Positions 59,961-64,000 of a stretch of DNA of 64,000 nt are shown piece after piece. The translations under genes were made by a program, and so were the position numbers. The first letter of the stretch is position 1. Each line of letters begins with the position of its first letter. The DNA is from Myxococcota bacterium. Its GTDB lineage: Bacteria > Myxococcota_A > UBA796 > SXON01. The notes under the pieces were generated by a model. That model had not been told where the DNA came from, did no database searches, and saw only the letters and a program-made list of their open reading frames with translations. Location of the stretch: NCBI GenBank assembly GCA_040386535.1, contig JAZKFH010000003.1, forward strand, positions 192,001 through 256,000, given 5' to 3'.

Positions 59961-60445
59961 TCGCGCTCGTGGCGGCGGCGATGGCGGCTCCGGTCGACGT
60001 GGCCGTGGGGTGGGGCGTGGGCGTGGATGCCCGGCTGGGCAAGGGCGCGGTGTTCGTGGGCGCGGGCGCGGGGCCGACGGTTCGTGTGGGGGTGGGCGAA
60101 CACCTGGACCTGCATGCCGAGGGGCGTTGGCTCACGCTCGCGGGCAGCACGTGGCTGGTGCGCGGCGGCGCGGGGCTACACACCACGGTCGGCACGTGGC
60201 AACCGGGCGTCGGCTTGGATGTCACCGGATACCTGGGCGCCACGTTGCGCGCCGTGACCGCGGAGAACCCCGGGCTCGCGGGCGACAGCGCGTTGGCCGT
60301 GCAGGTGCGCCTCGAGCCGCTGCGGTTCGCGAAGGACCGGTGGTCGGCGAACGTGCTTCGGTTGGACGTCGGCGCGGGGTGGGACCGGGCGCGGCCGGCG
60401 CTGGCGGTGGGGGTGACGGTGGTGGAGGTGGGGATCGGGTTCTAG
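59957..60445 (+). CDS. secreted beta-strand-rich protein (possible outer-membrane barrel, C-terminal Phe)
   Basis: Short signal VIALVAAAMA, amphipathic strands, ends VEVGIGF. Confidence 0.6.
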   Translation: MIALVAAAMAAPVDVAVGWGVGVDARLGKGAVFVGAGAGPTVRVGVGEHLDLHAEGRWLTLAGSTWLVRGGAGLHTTVGTWQPGVGLDVTGYLGATLRAVTAENPGLAGDSALAVQVRLEPLRFAKDRWSANVLRLDVGAGWDRARPALAVGVTVVEVGIGF

Positions 60446-60464
60446 GGCGGAGAGGCAGGATGAA

Positions 60465-60489
60465 CCGCCAAGACGCAAAGACGCCAAGG
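60465..60489 (+). repeat. short CGCCAAGA-type direct repeat
   Basis: CCGCCAAGACGCAAAGACGCCAAGG. Confidence 0.55.
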
Positions 60490-60523
60490 CGGAGGAGAGA
60501 CCGCGCGTACCGCGGAGGACTGG

Positions 60524-61087
60524 GTGGACGTTACCCCAGGCCTTCTCGGCGCGATCAACGCCAGCATGTACGCGCCCGACCAGCGCACCGCGGTGTCCTT
60601 GTTGGTGGCCGACGGGCACATCAACAACCCTACCCTCTCCACAGACAACACCGTGCTCGCGTTTGGTGGGGGCCAGGCTGGACGTATCATCGACCGAACG
60701 TGCGAGGATCTCCCCGCGTTGCGCGTCCGTTACCCAACCTTGATCCAGGGGATCCGGATGCTCGGCTGCGACGGCGCCAACGTCTGGGAGGAACAACCCC
60801 GCCGCTGGAGCGAGGCGGCGATCGGGCAAAGCGCGGATGGGGACATCCTGTTCCTGTTCGCACGCACCCCCTGGAGCGCCCACAGGTTCGTGGAGCACGC
60901 TCGCGGGTTGGATCTCGGCCTGGTCCGCCTCCAGCACGCCGACGGTGGGCCGCCCGCCCAGCTCGCCTGGCGCGATGGCGACAGGATCGTGGGCCTCGTG
61001 GGGAGCTACGAGAGCGACGTCCGGGAGAACGATCTGAGCGTCGACGCGACGGACGTGCCGAACCTCGTGGGGGTTCGGGCGCGGTGA
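60524..61087 (+). CDS. phosphodiester glycosidase-like protein, possibly N-terminally truncated
   Basis: AINASMY, RRWSEAAIG, ADGGPPAQL, VPNLVGV; no signal peptide. Confidence 0.55.
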   Translation: MDVTPGLLGAINASMYAPDQRTAVSLLVADGHINNPTLSTDNTVLAFGGGQAGRIIDRTCEDLPALRVRYPTLIQGIRMLGCDGANVWEEQPRRWSEAAIGQSADGDILFLFARTPWSAHRFVEHARGLDLGLVRLQHADGGPPAQLAWRDGDRIVGLVGSYESDVRENDLSVDATDVPNLVGVRAR

Positions 61088-61097
61088 CTACTCCAAG

Positions 61098-62510
61098 TCA
61101 CTCCAAGGCGGCGAACGCCGCCCGATACACCGGCCAACGCATGGCGTTGCGGAGGATCTCGCGCGGCGAGCCCGATTGGATCGCCTTGCGCAGCCCGATG
61201 TCCGCCCAGATCATGCGCTGGGCGACCTCGTACAAACGCGGGCTGTAGCGCATCTCGAACGTGAGGCGGCCGCCGCTCTCGCCGGTGATGCGGTCCTGCA
61301 CCTGGTCGTAGAATTGGGTGCCCTTCATGGGGTGGGCCACAGAGAGCAGGGTGACCGCGGGATCCAAGCGACGCAACAGATCGCGGGTGGCGAGGATGTC
61401 AGGTTTCTCTTCGCCCGGGTAGCCGAGCATGGCGAACACGCCGATCTCGATGCCGGCGCCGCGCAACAGATCGCCGCCGCGCTCGATCTGCGCGAGGCTG
61501 GTCTCCTTGCGCATGGCGTCGAGCACGTGCTGGGCGCCGCTCTCGGCGGAGAGGTACATGCGGTAGCAGCCGGCGCGTCGCAACGCGGCGACCATCGACT
61601 CGTCCAACGTCTCGGGGCGGCCGATCAGGTAGAAGGGTGTCACCGCACCGCGGGCGACCACGCGGTCGCAAAACCTGTGGACCCAGGCGCGGTTGATGGT
61701 GAACATGTCGTCCACGAACCAGACCTGGTCGGGGGCGAAGCGCTCCTTCACGTGGAGGAGCTCGTCGATCACGGCGTCGGGTTCGCGGCGGCGGAACGTG
61801 TCCCCATACACCTGCTTGCTGCACCAGGTGCAATGGTACGGGCAGCCGCGGCTGGTGGTGAGGCTCATCGCGGTCTCGCCGTGGCGGGCGCGCCAGGCGC
61901 CGAAGTAGGCGTCGAGATCGCGGCGCTCGCGGTGGGGCCACGGGAGCGTGTCGAGCTTCTTGATGAGGGGGCGGCCCTTCGTGCGGACAACAGACCCGCT
62001 TCCCGACGCGTCGGGCGCGCGGAAGGCGATGCCCGCTACGTCCGCGAGGGTGTCCCAATCCCACGCCCAATCGTTGGCGCGCAGGTGTGTCATCAGCTCG
62101 GCGAGGGTGTGCTCCCCTTCCCCGATGACGATGACCTCGACGCCCATATCGAAATACGCATCGAGATACTGCGAGGGGTCGGGCCCGCCGGCCACGACGC
62201 GGCGGCCCTGGGCCACCGCGAGCGCGACCATCCCGCGGGTGACCGGGCGCGTGATCGTGTGGCCGTAGAAGCCGAGCACGCGCGGGTTCGCGTCGGCCAA
62301 CACGTCAGCGAACGCGTCGGGGCCGCCCTCGCCACCCTGCCGGCGCGGCGGGTGGAACGTGGCATCCCACCAGTCGGTGGCGGGGAATTCGTTCTGGCGC
62401 AGATACGCGACGAGGTACTGGAGCCCAAGCGGCGGGAAGGGCCGCATGATCTGCGCCTCGTGGGGATCTCCCGCGAGGAAGTAGGCATGGGTGAGGAGCA
62501 GATCGAGCAT
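61098..62510 (-). CDS. B12-binding domain radical SAM protein
   Basis: PFPPLG, GEGE, SRGCPYHCTWC, WFVDD, AESGAQHVLDAM. Confidence 0.9.
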   Translation of the reverse strand: MLDLLLTHAYFLAGDPHEAQIMRPFPPLGLQYLVAYLRQNEFPATDWWDATFHPPRRQGGEGGPDAFADVLADANPRVLGFYGHTITRPVTRGMVALAVAQGRRVVAGGPDPSQYLDAYFDMGVEVIVIGEGEHTLAELMTHLRANDWAWDWDTLADVAGIAFRAPDASGSGSVVRTKGRPLIKKLDTLPWPHRERRDLDAYFGAWRARHGETAMSLTTSRGCPYHCTWCSKQVYGDTFRRREPDAVIDELLHVKERFAPDQVWFVDDMFTINRAWVHRFCDRVVARGAVTPFYLIGRPETLDESMVAALRRAGCYRMYLSAESGAQHVLDAMRKETSLAQIERGGDLLRGAGIEIGVFAMLGYPGEEKPDILATRDLLRRLDPAVTLLSVAHPMKGTQFYDQVQDRITGESGGRLTFEMRYSPRLYEVAQRMIWADIGLRKAIQSGSPREILRNAMRWPVYRAAFAALE

Positions 62511-62549
62511 GTGCGGGAGCAGTGTAGCCGGGTTTCTACACCGGCCCCA

Positions 62550-63329
62550 TCAGACAGGCCTGGTGACGAAGCTCCGCAACCACGGGATCTCCGGGTCGGG
62601 CTCGATGGGCTTGGGCGAGTGGTCGGTCTCCAGGAAGACGACGAGCGACTCGGGGTGCCGACGGCGGAACAGGTTGACGTTGGCGGGCTCGTTGTCGAGG
62701 TAGAGCACGACGTTGCCGATGGCCGCCACGATCTCGAGCGCGCCTTCCTTGAACTCGGTGTCGTCCGTGCGGAAGTCGGGCTTGACGAGGAGGGTGGTGC
62801 CCTCCTGGTCGTACGGGAAGCCGAAGCGCCGGAGGGCGTGCTCGGTGCCCAGGCGCATCGTCTCGTCGCGACCGGTCAGGTACACGCAGTGGATGCCGGC
62901 CTCGTGGACGGCGCGCACGAGCGCCGCGGCGCCGGGCATCGCGTGGTCGTACAACACGTAGGTCGAGGTGAAGAAGTGGCGTTCCCACCACGCGCGGACC
63001 GCGTCGATGTGCGTGTCGATCCAGTCGGCGTCGACCCCGGCGCTGGTCAGGGTGGAGCGGATCGACCAGTCGGTGAAGTGTTCGACGGTGACCCGGTAGA
63101 GCGGGTCGAAGCCGGCGCGGGCGGCGAGCTCGCGGAAGATCTGGACCTGGCGGGGCCGGGTGTCGAACAGGCACCCGTCGAGATCGAACACGGCGACGTG
63201 GCCGGGGCCCATCTCCCGCGCGAGATCGATGATGCGGGCCAGGAGCGCGGTGCCCTCCTCCGACCACGCGAGCGGGGCATAGCCGCGGGAGCGCCGATGG
63301 GTCACCACGGGCTTCACGATGGTGCTCAT
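62550..63329 (-). CDS. HAD-superfamily phosphatase
   Basis: VFDLDGCLFD, YLTGR, FK, YLDNE. Confidence 0.8.
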   Translation of the reverse strand: MSTIVKPVVTHRRSRGYAPLAWSEEGTALLARIIDLAREMGPGHVAVFDLDGCLFDTRPRQVQIFRELAARAGFDPLYRVTVEHFTDWSIRSTLTSAGVDADWIDTHIDAVRAWWERHFFTSTYVLYDHAMPGAAALVRAVHEAGIHCVYLTGRDETMRLGTEHALRRFGFPYDQEGTTLLVKPDFRTDDTEFKEGALEIVAAIGNVVLYLDNEPANVNLFRRRHPESLVVFLETDHSPKPIEPDPEIPWLRSFVTRPV

Positions 63330-64000
63330 GCCTGCCCCTTGCTGGGCGCGAGCTCTTCGAGGATCTCTCGGACGGTGTCGGCGGCCTCGCTGCCGAGGGC
63401 GTCGAGCTGGGCGAGGCTGCCGCGGAGGAGCGCGAGCCCCTCGTCGGTCTCGCCGGCGGCGACGAGCACCTGGCCCATCATGCCGGAGGAGACCGCGGCC
63501 TCGTGCGAGAGGCCGAGGCCCTGCTGGATGTCGCGCGCGGACTCGAAGGCGCGCTTGGCACCCAACAGATCGGCGTTGCCGGCGAGGCGGGTGGCGAGCG
63601 CGAAGTGGGCGGCGGCCTCGGCCTCGCGGTCCCCCGTGCGGGCGGCGGCGGCGACGAGCTCCGTGGCGGCGGCGAGCGCCTTGTCGGGGCGGTCGTGCTC
63701 GTCACCCATGGCCTGGACCAGCTGGAGGACGGTGATCTCGCCGATCCAATTCTCGGCCTCGCGCAGGGTGCGCACGGCGTAGTCGAGGCGATCGAACGCG
63801 TCTTCCGAGAGGCCGAGGGAGAACTCGACCCCGGCGAGCTCGCGGAGCACGTTGGCGCGGCCCTCGACGTCCTTCATCAGCTCGCGGCCGACGAGCACCT
63901 CTTCGAGCACCTTGCGGGCGGTGTTGTATTGGCCCATGAGCGCGTGCACGGTGCCGATGTGCTGGAGCGCGTCGACCTCGGCCTGGCGGTTCTTGGCCTG
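63326..64000 (-). CDS. TPR-repeat protein (3' part; start lies beyond the window)
   Basis: Open frame to the window edge, TPR-like helices (ALQHIGTVHALMGQY, VLRELAGV). Confidence 0.75.
   Translation of the reverse strand, partial: QAKNRQAEVDALQHIGTVHALMGQYNTARKVLEEVLVGRELMKDVEGRANVLRELAGVEFSLGLSEDAFDRLDYAVRTLREAENWIGEITVLQLVQAMGDEHDRPDKALAAATELVAAAARTGDREAEAAAHFALATRLAGNADLLGAKRAFESARDIQQGLGLSHEAAVSSGMMGQVLVAAGETDEGLALLRGSLAQLDALGSEAADTVREILEELAPSKGQA

Overview
High-GC (roughly 70%) bacterial chromosome segment, most likely from an uncultured Myxococcota-type lineage. That assignment is an inference from a MYXO-CTERM-like tail, eukaryote-like Ser/Thr kinases, MopE-type repeats and Asp/Thr-rich lipoproteins. 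The left end carries the conserved yceD-rpmF-plsX-acpP-fabF-rpiB-glyA-nrdR-ribD-ribE-ribBA-ribH cluster, then tRNA-Gln and two identical tRNA-Glu genes. The rest is mixed housekeeping and accessory genes: HelY-type helicase, BMC-T shell protein with an Fe-S protein, ggt, cobT, minCDE, two B12 radical SAM enzymes, M1 aminopeptidase, ALDH, fbp, and a P450/TetR pair. No CRISPR array, transposase, integrase or prophage was seen. The most notable locus is 55.6-57.5 kb on the minus strand: an 8-aa leader ORF with a strong SD, a ~310-nt structured leader with a stretch imperfectly complementary to the 16S rRNA decoding region, an RbfA-like gene and an intact RtcB RNA ligase. This is a candidate translation-sensing 30S/16S rRNA repair module. 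Other signals are frequent leaderless-type gene starts, very short signal peptides, and several enzymes lacking catalytic residues (thioredoxin, radical SAM, SIR2-like, RibA domain). All calls come from motif recognition by eye; no database searches were run.
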